Of a stretch of DNA of 64,000 nucleotides, positions 48,240 through 64,000 are shown one piece after another (positions within the stretch are counted from its first letter, which is position 1; each line of letters begins with the position of its first letter). The notes beneath the pieces were generated by a model. It was not told where the DNA came from and searched no databases. It saw only the letters and a program-made list of their open reading frames with translations. The position numbers and the translations under genes were made by a program. Source of the stretch: the human T2T-CHM13v2.0 reference genome, Homo sapiens; NCBI RefSeq assembly GCF_009914755.1, contig NC_060934.1; one strand, written 5' to 3'.

Positions 48240-49131
48240 TTAAACCAACAACAACAACAACAACAACTTGCACATAAGGAATTCACATTCTTGATGTCTA
48301 CATATATTTTATGCATTGTTCAACAAAATATTGGGGCAGATTTTAATAAAAAGATAACAAAATTTATTTATGGGTATAGAAATATATTTTATGAATATAT
48401 ATTTATACTGTATAGAGAGAACCAGATAGTCAAATCAAGTGAAAATAAATTAGAATACAACATTAGGAACAGGTGGCAATGTGTAGTGCAGAGTGTAGAG
48501 TAGCAGTAACAAAAATAGATTAGAAAAGTGCTACTCAGATTTACAGGGTTTCAAAGACCAATAAATATGATTTGTAAATAGAAGTTGAAAGTCTAGGTGG
48601 CAAAATCAAATAAAAAATTGAATAGGTACCATAATTTTTATTATTCATGATTATTCATATTATTTTAATTATGATTGCATTCTAGCTCTAAGCCTGACTT
48701 AGATGTAGGTTCTTTAGTTATTAGAAACCTGATACAGAGAGTAGCAAGCTGAGAAAAATTAAAGACAAAAATAAAATTTAAAAAAGACAAAGTATTTTGT
48801 AATTCAAACAACAAAGAAGAGAACCCCTTATTTCTGGCCCAATCAAAATTTGTTTTTAAGAAATGGAAGAAGCAATGCTTCTATGAAGCCCCTTGATTTT
48901 GCCAGTGCCTTTTACATTTGAGTTGATTTGGTAATGGCATCCTTTAAATGGAAGGCCTTGTTAGACACTCAGGCCTGGATTGATGAAGACACACGTGCCT
49001 AGTCCTGAATCCACCTCAATCTGGCCATGTGATTTCAGATGAACTGCTTGCCTTCCTTACCTCCACAATCTTAAGTTTCTTCAGGTGTAAGATGAAAGAA
49101 AGAAGCTCAGTGACCTTTGAAAGTACTTTAG

Positions 49132-49451
<320 letters not shown>

Positions 49452-49860
49452 CTAATAATTTACAATTCTATTATTCTTCGCCTTCTGATCTGACAGAGCT
49501 TTCCCTTTATAAGTTCCGAATGTTCCTAGAGAATGCATTGAGAAACATGCTCTGATTCTGTATGGGAGCAACTGTAGAACTCTTGGCCATTCAGTATGAA
49601 GTTTTTAGCTAAAAAGTTTTCCCTCTAGCAATGCAATCCCAGATTTAACAGGACCTCTAATTTTTACCTTCTTGCAAAGGCATTTTTGTTCTTTGTACTT
49701 AAAGAAACTGTTCCCATTAAATTGTTTCAAAGCCCAGAAAATAAGCCAATTCTTGGTACTTTAATGCTATAATCATCAGTCATCTTTAAAAAATGTCATC
49801 AGGACAAACGAATACCATAAATGACCTAACTACACAAGAGAGTTCCTAAGGAAATGGGAA

Positions 49861-50411
49861 TTTTTTTTTTTGCTTTAAATACTTTATTTTTTTTATTTTA
49901 TTATTATTATACTTTAAGTTTTAGGGTACATGTCCACAATGTGCAGGTTAGTTACATATGTATACATGTGCCATGCTGGTGTGCTGCACCCATTAACTCG
50001 TCATTTAGCATTAGGTATATCTCCTAATGCTATCCCTCCCCCCTCCCCCCACCCCACAACAGTCCCCAGAGTGTGATGTTCCCCTTCCTGTGTCCATGTG
50101 TTCTCATTGTTCAATTCCCACCTATGAGTGAGAATATGCGGTGTTTGGTTTTTTGTCCTTGCGATAGTTTACTGAGAATGATGATTTCCAATTTCATCCA
50201 TGTCCCTACAAAGGACATGAACTCATCATTTTTTATGACTGCATAGTATTCCATGGTGTATATGTGCCACATTTTCTTAATCCAGTCTATCATTGTTGGA
50301 CATTTGGGTTGGTTCCAAGTCTTTGCTATTGTGAATAGTGCTGCAATAAACATATGTGTGCATGTGTCTTTATAGCAGCATGATTTATAGTCCTTTGGGT
50401 ATATACCCAGC
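49861..50411 (-). mobile_element. L1PA2-like 3' fragment
   Basis: GGTTAGTTAC, CATTTAGCATTAGG, ACAGTCCCCAGAG; TSD AAATGGGAAT at 49852 and 50412. Confidence 0.93.
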
Positions 50412-51428
50412 AAATGGGAATATTTTTTAAAAATAAAAACAATGGATACAATATATCATTTTGCTGCCTCTACAACTTGTCTTTTATCTAATGGAAGACC
50501 TATTATTTTCTTTCCTTGCTAAAAAAATAGACAGATAAAAAAATAAATAGCCCAAGTTCTAATTCAGCCTTTAATATCTTTTTTCTCCTGAAGTCCATAC
50601 AATGAATACAATTTATGCTAACACCTACAGAGACATACCACAAAGATGAAAGGGTTCTGTTTGAAAAAAAAAGAATTTTATCTTCCCACATAGGAAGAGT
50701 TTAGTCTTGTTTCCAGAAATGCAGTATCTACAAGCTTTGTGAAGAGGAATGTTGCTTGGGGGAAAGGAAGATATTTATACTTGGACATTTCCTACTAATT
50801 TATGGCTGACCATCCACTGAAATACTTCAAACGCTTCACCTTTATATCCCTTTTGAGAAAAGATGGAGCACGAATTTTAAAAATTGCTTTCTGCACATAA
50901 AGTATTATCCAAAACTGCAAAAGTATTAACATGTATTTATAAGCAATGAAATGGAAAAGTTACTCACTGTAAGAAACCAGTCCTGTCTCTAGATTCCTAA
51001 TGATGAACTTATTAAGATATTTCTCATGGATAAGATACTTAAGTATCGGTTCTGAAATGAGAATAATAATTATTTATCAGACTAAAAAGAATAAAATGAA
51101 CTTTTAAGGTTTTGCTTAGTTTTAGGACATGTGATATCCTTCAGTAAAAACTGTGTAGCAGGATATACATTTTCCTGATTTCTCAAAGATTTAGGTAGCA
51201 TTAAGTTGATCTTATGGTGTCAATTGCAAAAAGGAAAGAGTGCCAAATACTTACTTTTATTAGTAATAATTTGATTGTCCTTTGAATTACATGCTTATTT
51301 ACATATTAATTCATGTACTCAGTAAATATTTATTCCGTGCCTGTTTCTATTTTTTCGCTATGGTCATGCTATCCCTTTTCTCATTTTGTTTTTGATACTT
51401 TAAAACACATAACATTAGGTAATATCTT

Positions 51429-51700
51429 TTTCTGTTTTTTTTTTTTTTAGTTTTCTTTTTTTTATTATTATTATACTTTAAGTTCTACGGTACATGTGCA
51501 CAATGTGCAGGTTTGTTACATATGTATACATGTGCCATGTTGGTGTGCTGCACCCATTAACTCGTCATTTACATTAGGTATATCTCCTAACGCCATCCCT
51601 CCCCCCTCCCCCCACCCCACAAGAGGCCCCAGTGTGTGATGTTCCCCTTCCTGTGTCCAAGTGTTCTCATTGTTCAATTCCCACCTATGAGTGAGAACAT
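51429..51700 (-). mobile_element. L1PA4/5-like 3'UTR fragment
   Basis: 3'UTR with T tail; TSD AA(T/C)ATCTT. Confidence 0.92.
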
Positions 51701-52097
51701 CTTAAGTGTTCTAACTGATCTGTAAATGACAGTCTGTTTCTCAATTTGATCTTTGTTTTCGATAAGAATAAGTGCTGTATCTTTTACTTATTTTGAGTTA
51801 TTACTACCACTGCTTATATGGCATACTGTGAGTTGTTTCTTACTGTCCCACCCCTTTTCTTCCTTATGAAAACAAACAGCTTAATTTTAGCAGAGCTAAA
51901 ATAATGTATTTTCAAGTCTCACTTAAAGTTAGATGTAATGATGGGATTACATGACAGACAAAAAATGTATAGGAAAATACAATTTTGTACCATTAAGAAA
52001 AGAGGAAAACTAGCAAATAGTTTCTTCTTTTGTTAATGACAGCATAATTTATATAATATTAACATGCTGTCAATAACCAGCATGAATTTTAGGTATA

Positions 52098-52681
52098 TAG
52101 TCAGTTCTCAATATTCCCAGTATTAATGTTTATAAAGTTGCTGTGAATACAGAATTAACAGATACTGAATCATTGTTACTATGGTAATATGTAAATAGAT
52201 AAATTTATATCTGTATATATATGTGGGTACAAATAAACATGCATATCTCACATAGATTGAATCTAAAAACAAACAAACAAAAAAAAACAACTCATCCTGG
52301 TAGATTCCATTGTCTTTATTTTACAAAAGAATAAATGAGATTCAGAAATGTTAAGGTGACTTGCCTGAGACAGCGCCACTAACAGGTGCCAGAATTGGGA
52401 TTCAAGTCCCATTCAGCTGGAAGAACTAAAGCTTCTTCCACTACTCTACATCAGCCTATACCAGCTCCAACTTCTGGGAAAGCTGAAAACAGAAGGCAAA
52501 GCATGCCCTCGTTAGACTTCAGCCAGAAACATGCACATTGGGCAAGTCAAATTTATCATTGTTCTGTGCGTGTCTGCTAACTACCTAGAAATTGACAAGT
52601 ATTAATTTAGGGATTACAAACAAATTTTAATGTGTAGAATAATTTGCAAATACAGAATCTGCAAAAAGTGAGGTTAGACTG
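52098..52681. mobile_element. TcMar-Tigger non-autonomous element (MER82-like) containing a MIR core
   Basis: TA flanks; imperfect TIRs TAGTCAGTTCTCA / TGAGGTTAGACTG; MIR-like 52310-52450. Confidence 0.7.
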
Positions 52682-54527
52682 TATATACTGTTGAAGGCAC
52701 TGGATAGAAAGCAAAAACAGGCAGACACTGGAAGAGATTGCCACTGAAAAAAGGAATTACATTGGAGAGCATACACATTTATCTGCAAAAAACAGCATTC
52801 TTATTCATCTGAAAAGGTAGAGGTCAGAATTTACTGCTACCAGAGCAATTGGAAAATAAATGGGAACCTTCAGAAAATGAGAAGCCATAGTAGGAAAGCC
52901 AAAATATCTGCATAGAAATTTCCCTTATATCCTTCGATAAAATTCTTAACTGAGTAAGGCAAGAGTGTGATTAAGCCCAGCAGAAATAAATAGGAATGCT
53001 AAAGGGTCTAAACAGAGATTTTGGAAACTCTGGAGTAAAATAAATTAAAGTTGAGAAATAAATTTTTCCAGCTATATCATAAAACCAGTAATATTAAATG
53101 AAGATCTGTAGGAAAAAGAAAAATAATACCGATGAAAATTCATATCTAGAGGAGGAATGATAAAATGCTAAATATATGATAAAATATAATTTATTGTTTT
53201 GCTTTCTTTTTTAGATACTGTAAAGAAAATCAGTTAATTAAAATATTTATAATAATGGGTTCTCAGACATATATGGTTTAAATAAAATGCATGAAAACAA
53301 TAGCAAAAGTAATGGCATGAGGAGGTTAAATGGAATTATAAGGCTAATAGAAAACAAATACCAATACAGTAAACTTAAACCAGATGTATCATTAATTGCA
53401 TTACAATTGACGGACTAAAAACTCAGAAAAACATGTATTGACAGACTGGATTAAAAAACCAAGAAATAAATATGTCCGTATGTTGTTTACAAAAATACTC
53501 ACAAAACTTTGAATATAAAGACAGGTAAAATAATAGACTATTATACTATAAAGAATGTAAAGTAAAATATTTAGAAAATATATTTCATGCAAACACTAAT
53601 GGGAGAAAAAGCTGGCCTGGCTAGGTTTATCAATAAGAATTAAGAAAAGAATGTCACAAGAGATGAAGAAGGTCATTTCAAAATAAAATCAAGCAATAGA
53701 TCATTAATAAGATCTAACAATCCTTAATGTATACACAGCTAATGACATAGTGAAAATTAATACAATGAAAGGAAAAGATGAACGAATTCACATGGTTGGA
53801 AATTTTAATAATTCATTTTTAGGAATTGATGAAAAAAGACATAATTAAGTAAGAAAATAGAATATTTTAATATTACTATTAACGGACTTGTTCTCATTGA
53901 TATTTATGGAACACTATGCTAACAATTGCTGGATACATAATGGTTTTCAAGTGGAACCATTTACAAAGTGAGTCCTAGTCTGAGGAAATCACAATAAATT
54001 TTAAAGGATTTAAAAATATAGTCTCAACCTCTGACTACTTGGAGTTAAGTTACAAATCAAAATGAAAAAATACCCAAAACAAACAAATATTTGACATTGA
54101 GCAGAACTTCCAAAGATCACACATGTTAAAGAAAAATAAGAGAAAAATAGGTGGAACTACTTTGAAGTGAAAAAATTAAAAATAATTAAACTACAACATA
54201 TCAAAATGTATAGGATATAGCTAATGCAATTCTTAGAGGGGAATTTATTTTTATTAAGATCTTATAACATTAAAGAAGAAAAACAAGATAATAATAAGAT
54301 TTCTTTGTATCTGTCTAGTTAAAGAAACAATCAAACCAAGGTGAGTAGTAGTAGTCAAAAATAAAGAAAAGAAATCAATAAAATACAAAGAAAACCTAAA
54401 TAAACAAATATTGACTATCTAAAATACTAATAAAATTTATATATTCCTGGACATAATAATCATAAAAATAAAAAAGAAAAAACATGAATGAACTATATCA
54501 GAAATGAAATAAATCATTATATATCCT

Positions 54528-54873
54528 TGTATTAGTCTGTTTTCATGCTGCTGATAATGACATTCCCAAGACTGGGTAACTTATAAAGAAAAAAGGTTTA
54601 ATGGACTCACAGTTCCACGTGGCTGGGAAGGACTCAAAATCATGGTGAAAGGCAAGTCTGACATGGCAGCAGGCAAGAGAGAATGAAAGCCAAGTGAAAG
54701 GGGAAACCCCTTATAAAACCATCAGACCTCATGAGACTTATTCACTACCACGGGAACAGTATGGGGGAAACTGCCCCTATGATTCAATTAACTCCTACCG
54801 GGTCCCTCCCACGGGAATATGGAAGCTACAATTCAATATGAGATTTGGGTGGGTACATAGCCAAACCATATCA
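54528..54873 (-). mobile_element. THE1C-like solo LTR
   Basis: TGTATTAGTC...AAACCATATCA; perfect 5-bp TSD ATCCT. Confidence 0.95.
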
Positions 54874-55131
54874 ATCCTAAACAAAACTGAAGGATAGAAG
54901 AGATTATTATGAACACAATTGTAACAGTAAATTAAACAATTTATATAAAATTAACAAAGTTTTCAGAAAACGACTTACCAAAACTGACAAAAGATGAAAC
55001 AGAAAATATGAATACATGTATATGTTAAAATACAATAAGTTATCCAAAACTTGCAATATTCAAAACCATTTCATGACTTTAAAAAATGAAAAACTCTCAG
55101 CAGACCAAGAAAATAAAGGGCATCTACCAAC

Positions 55132-55480
55132 GGAAAGAAGAAAGGAAAGAAAGAAAAAGAAAAAAGAAAGAAAGAGAGAGAGGAAAGAAAATAGAATGAT
55201 AAACAAAGAAAGAGAAAGAGAAGGAAAGAAAGAAAGAAAAAGAAAGAAAGAAAGAAAGAAAGAAAGAAGGAAGGAAGGAAGGAAGGGAAGGAAGGAAGGA
55301 AAGAAAGAAAGAAAAAGGAAGAAAGAAAGAAGGAAGGAAGGAAGGAAGGAAGGAAAGAAAGAAAGAAAGAGAAAGAAAGAAAGAAAAGAAAGAGAAGGAA
55401 AGAGAGAAAGAAAGGAAAGGAAAGGAAGGAAGGAAGGAAGAAAGGAAGGGAGGGATAAGAAAAAAAGAAAAGTAAGAAAT
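55132..55480 (+). repeat. Compound (GAAA)n/(GGAA)n polypurine tract
   Basis: Direct reading; source of ORFs 55016 and 55060. Confidence 0.97.
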
Positions 55481-57749
55481 AGAGGTAAAGGAAACACTCT
55501 TACTAACAGCATCACAAGAATTGCCTCCTCAGATCAGGAAAAAAGGCACTTGCCACTTATTTTTAATATTGAACTGAAGGTCTTAACCACTGGAAAAGGC
55601 ATGAAAGAGAAGTAAAAGTCCTGCAGATTGAAAGGATGCTGTCTTTATTGGCAAGCAACATATGATCTACGCTGAAAATCTCACAGAATCAATAAAATCA
55701 AGCCCTACAACTAATAAGTGAATTTAACAACGCCACTATATATAAGGTCAAAGAAATTGTTACATTTTTGCCTATAGATTATCAATAATTTCAAAGTAAA
55801 TTACAAAAATATACAGTTTACTGTAGGATCACACACACACATGCAAAATGAAACAATTAAAATTAACAAACTCCTGCGGGACCTGTGTACTAAAAACTAC
55901 AGAAATTTGCAGAAAGAAATTAAAGACATACTTGAATAAATATGTCATATTCAGAGTTGGCACATTCAGAGTTGAGATTTCAATTCATTCTCTGCCAGTT
56001 TATATTTTTAATGCAATACAAATCAAAATCCAGCAAGCTTTTTTTAATTGACAATTTCTAAAATTTATATGTAAATGCAAATAGCACAGAAGAGAAAACA
56101 ATTTTGTAAATGAACAAAATTGAAAGATTTATACCACTGGCTTGCTATGTTGCAACAGTAATTAAAATAGTTTGATATTCACATAAGGATGAACATATAG
56201 ATTAATGGATTAGAATAAAGAGGATCAAAATAGTTCTAAACGTGGTTATTGATTTCAACAAAGGTGCCAAAGTTTATTCAATAAGGAATAGGAATAGTCT
56301 ATCAAATGATGCTGAAATCATTGACTAACTTTATAGAAAAAGAAAAAGTAAACCTCAACCTATGTTTCATACCACACACAAAAATTTACTGTGAAAAGAT
56401 TATATATCTAAACTTAAAGGCTAAAACTATTAATTGTCCAGAATTAAATAAGGAAGAATCTTCTATGGCTAGAAAAAATGTATCTTAGATGGCAGAAAAT
56501 GCACAAACTATTAAAGAAAACAATCATAATTAGGATTCAACAAAATAGAAATTATCTATTTTTCAAAAGACACAATTAAGAAATAAATAAAACAAACAGC
56601 AGAATGGAAGAAAATTGCATCCAGAATATATAAGAAAATTTTAAGCCTCAATGCATACTGATACCATGCAATAAGAATACAGGCAACCTAATGTAAAGGG
56701 GCAAAATATTTGAGCTGGAACTTTAAAAATATATGAACAATTGGGACATGAAAATGAGCTTAACAATATCAATCATCATGGAAATGTGAACAAAAACCAT
56801 GAAACCATGAAACATCACTATAAATCACCAGAATTAGAATTCTGGAATTTGAAAGAGACAATACCAGCCTCATTGATTTGAAGCTTCTGGAACTCTCATG
56901 CACTGTTGGTGGAAATGTAAAATGGTGCAACCACTTCAAAAATAATTTGTCAGTTTCTGATGCAGTTACACCACCTCGCTGTATGAATTACTCAGTCTAT
57001 TTTTAGTCAATTACATGAGAAATAAAAATATATTCTCATATAACAACTTCTACAAGAATATATACATCAGCTTTAATCATAATAGTCCAAAGTTGGAAAA
57101 AACCCAAATTTTCATTTACAAGTGAATCAACAAACTATATTCATGTAAGGGAATAATATTAATAAAAGAAAAATAATTTATTCTGATGCATATTACTACA
57201 TGAATGAGTACACACTATTAGATATCATTAATATAAAATTCTACAGTAGCAGAGCTAAACTGTAGCAAAGCAAATCAGTGGTTACCTGGGGCAGTGGCTA
57301 TGGGAATTGACTGCAAAGGGCAAAAAGGAATATTCTGAGATGATAAAAATATGTTATATCTTTATCTGGTGGTAATTCCATGTCCATATATATTTGTCAA
57401 AATTCATAAAACTGCATATTTATCATCATTGCATTTTATTTTATAAAAATTTTGCCTCAATATACTTGAATAAAAACAAGTATACACAATGTTTTAAGTG
57501 CAACTTTACAAAATATAGACACAATCGAATGGTGATGTTTCAATCTTTTTTTTTCCATTGAAGAATTAGAAAATAAATAAAATATCTCACTGGCTAACGA
57601 CAGAGATTAGAAACCTGAAGATACATATTCTTAATCAGAAAATCAGATGGATAATATAGGTAAGATTTCAATTGAATCTTTCTAATTATTAAAAAACTAT
57701 CAGTAACATCAGAGTTTCAAGGTGAAAAAATAAACAAAAAATAGTACTG

Positions 57750-57965
57750 TAAGAAAGAGGAGAAACAGAAAGATATAGGAGGCAAAGGAGAGAGGGTAGA
57801 AGAGCCAGGAAGGAAGTGAAAGCAAAGGTGGGAGCAAATACGGGGAAAAGAAAGAAAAAGAAAGGGTGAGAGACAGAGAGAGAAGGGAGGGAAGGAGGGA
57901 GAAGCATTAAGGTAGAGAAGGAAAGAGGAGATGAAGGGAGGAAAAAAAACAGGAAAACAGGAGAT
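57750..57965 (+). repeat. GA-rich low complexity
   Basis: Direct reading. Confidence 0.8.
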
Positions 57966-58153
57966 TAGAACAGAGTGCAGGGGAAAGACTGCTATTACAA
58001 TGTTGTGTTTTTAAAGTAATTCATAGTATTTACTGCATCCTACGTAAAAACTTCACTGAACCTCTCAAATATATAAAAATACCATGCATCAGTTTCCAAA
58101 ATTTTTTCCAATGGAATTAGTTGTCTTTTACAGATGTGATATATGTATACGTA

Positions 58154-58180
58154 CACACATACACACACACACACACACAC
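58154..58180 (+). repeat. (CA)n microsatellite
   Basis: Direct reading. Confidence 0.93.
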
Positions 58181-58680
58181 ATTAAGAATTTTCTTTTACT
58201 TCTATTAAAAAATTGAGTAATTGATTTTAATAAGATATAAGAATGGGTACTTTAGGGGATGAGAGGATCATCTGACCCCCATACAAAACCAAACAATATA
58301 TTTATTCTTAAGGGGTATACAGCATATTAAGGTTATTAAGTGTTTAATTGTAATTTTCCATTCCATAACTTTCATCATAATAATCATAAATAGTATAGTT
58401 CACCAATATTGTTTTAATTTTCAAGAAATTAGTGAAAGGCTAAATGTTGTGGCTACATAGGATTTGTGAGTTTTTTTTATATAATTAAGTTCTGGGGTAC
58501 ATGTGCACAATGTGCAGGTTTGTTACATACGTATACGTGTGCCATGTTGGTGTGCTGCACCCATTAACTAGTCATTTACATTAGGTATATCTCCTAATGC
58601 TATTCCTCCCCACTCCCCCGACCCCGCAGCAGACCCCAGTGTGTGATGTTACCCACCCTGTGTCCAAGCGTTCTCATTGT

Positions 58681-62508
<3,828 letters not shown>

Positions 62509-62571
62509 TATGATGTTAGCTGGTTATTTTGCTTGTTAGTTGATGCAGTTTCTTCCTAACATCGATGGTCT

Positions 62572-63591
62572 TTACAATTTGGCATGTTTTTGCAGTGGCT
62601 GGTACCGGTTGTTCCTTTCCTTGTCTAGTGCTTCCTTCAGGAGCTCTTGTAAGGCAGGTCTGGTGGTGACAAAATCTCTTAGCATTTGCTTGTCTGCCAA
62701 AGATTTTATTTCTCCTTCACTTATGAAGCTTAGTTTGGCTAGATATGAAATTCTGGGTTGAAAATTCTTTTCTTTAAGAATGTTGAATATTGGCCCCCAC
62801 TCTCTTCTGGCTTGCAGAGTTTCTGACGAGAGATCCACTGTTAGTCTGATGGGCTTCCCTTTGTGGGTAACCTGACCTTTCTCTCTGGCTGCCCTTAATA
62901 TTTTTTCCTTCATTTCAACTTTGGCGAATCTGACAATTATGTGTCTTGGAGTTGCTCTTCCCGAGGAGTATCTTTGTGGTGTTCTCTGTATTTCCTGAAT
63001 TTGAATGTTGGCCTACCTTGCTAGGTTGGGGAAGTTCTCCTGGATAATATCCTGCAGAGTGTTTTCCAACTTGGTTCCCTTCTCCCTGTCACTTTCAGGT
63101 ACACCAATCAGACGTAGATTTGGTCTTTTCATAGTCCCATATTTTTTAGAGGCTTTGTTCATTTCTTTTTACTTTTTTTTCTCTCAACTTCTCTTCTTGC
63201 TTCCTTTCATTCATTTGATCTTCAATCACTGACACCCTTTCCTCCACTTGATCGAATCGGCTACTGAAGCTTGTTCATGTGTCACATAGCTCTTGTGCCA
63301 TGGTTTTCAGCTCCATAGGTCATTTAAGGTCTTCTCTATGTTGTTTATTCTAGTTAGCCATTTGTCTTATCTTTTTTCAAGGTTTTTAGCTTCTTTGCAA
63401 TGAATTCAAACATCCTCCTTTAGCCTGGAGAAGTTTGTTATTACCGATCGTCTGAAGCCTTCTGTCAACTCGTCAAAGTCATTCTCCATCCAGCTTTTTC
63501 CCATCGCTGGTGAGGAGCTGCATTCCTTTGGAGGAGAGTAGGCGCTCTGATTTTTAGAAGTTTCAGCTTTTCTGCTCTGGTTTCTTCCCAT
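62572..63591 (-). pseudogene. L1 ORF1, disrupted
   Basis: MGRNQSRK start; MKEKILRAAREKG...YQPLQKHAKL end. Confidence 0.95.
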
Positions 63592-64000
63592 CTTTGTGGT
63601 TTTATTTACCTTTGGTCTTTGATGATGGTGACGTACAGATGGAGTTTTGGTATGGATGTCCTTTCTGTTTGTTAGTTTTCCTTCTAACAGTCAGGACCCT
63701 CAGCTGCAGGTCTGTTGGAGTTTATTGGAGGTCCACTCCAGACCCTGTTTGCCTGGGTATCACCAGCGGAGGCTGTAGAACAGCAAATATTGCAGAACAG
63801 CAAATATTGCTGCCTGATCCTTCCTCTGGAAGCTTTGTCTCAGTGGGGCACCCAGTTGTATGAGGTGTCATTCGACCCCTACTGGGAGGTGTCTCCAAGT
63901 TAGGCTACTTGGGGGTCAGGGACCCACTTGAGGAGGCAGTCTGTGCATTCTCAAATCTCAAACTCCATGCTGGGAGAAGTGCTACTCTCTTCAAAGCTGT

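Larger units (their letters stand above)
52700..57478 (+). mobile_element. Old L1 (L1ME1/2-like), degenerate ORF2 and 3' end; left boundary approximate
   Basis: EN-like and RT-like decayed blocks; 3' end AATCAGTGGTTACCTGGGG..TTGACTGCAAAGGGC..ATTTGTCAAAATTCAT. Confidence 0.78.

Noticed and set aside
50795-50890. Minus-strand KIRAP...YFSGWS resembling a cytokine-receptor WSxWS motif
   Set aside because: Poor motif, immediate stop, frame incompatible with the neighbouring candidate exon
55016-55615. 199-aa K/E/R-rich ORF and antisense 151-aa F/L/S ORF
   Set aside because: Translations of a stop-free purine microsatellite

Overview
Primate, almost certainly human (near-perfect AluYa5), AT-rich, repeat-dense DNA with no intact protein-coding gene, RNA gene or CRISPR array that I can support. 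Well over half is interspersed repeat: L1s from L1PA2 to L1ME age (four with twin-priming 5' inversions, one near full-length L1PA5-like copy running off the right edge), ERVL and MER4-group ERV1 internal remnants, solo LTRs (THE1, MER21, MER51, MER52, MLT2 and others), Alus, MIR/L2 and hAT/Tigger MITEs. Nearly all listed ORFs are repeat-derived. Repeat subfamily names are from recognition by eye, not from a RepeatMasker run. The most unusual observations are: (1) a 5'-inverted L1PA7-like insertion whose 3'UTR is replaced by ~360 bp of foreign sequence with its own AATAAA and A-tail inside one TSD pair; (2) a ~255-bp internal beta-tubulin fragment with a mix of TUBB8-type and conventional residues, inserted without poly(A) or TSD; (3) two diverged copies of the same L1ME/HAL1 composite about 10-13 kb apart; (4) weak exon-like candidates on the minus strand. 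I found no convincing new biological system; these are retrotransposition and genome-evolution curiosities.
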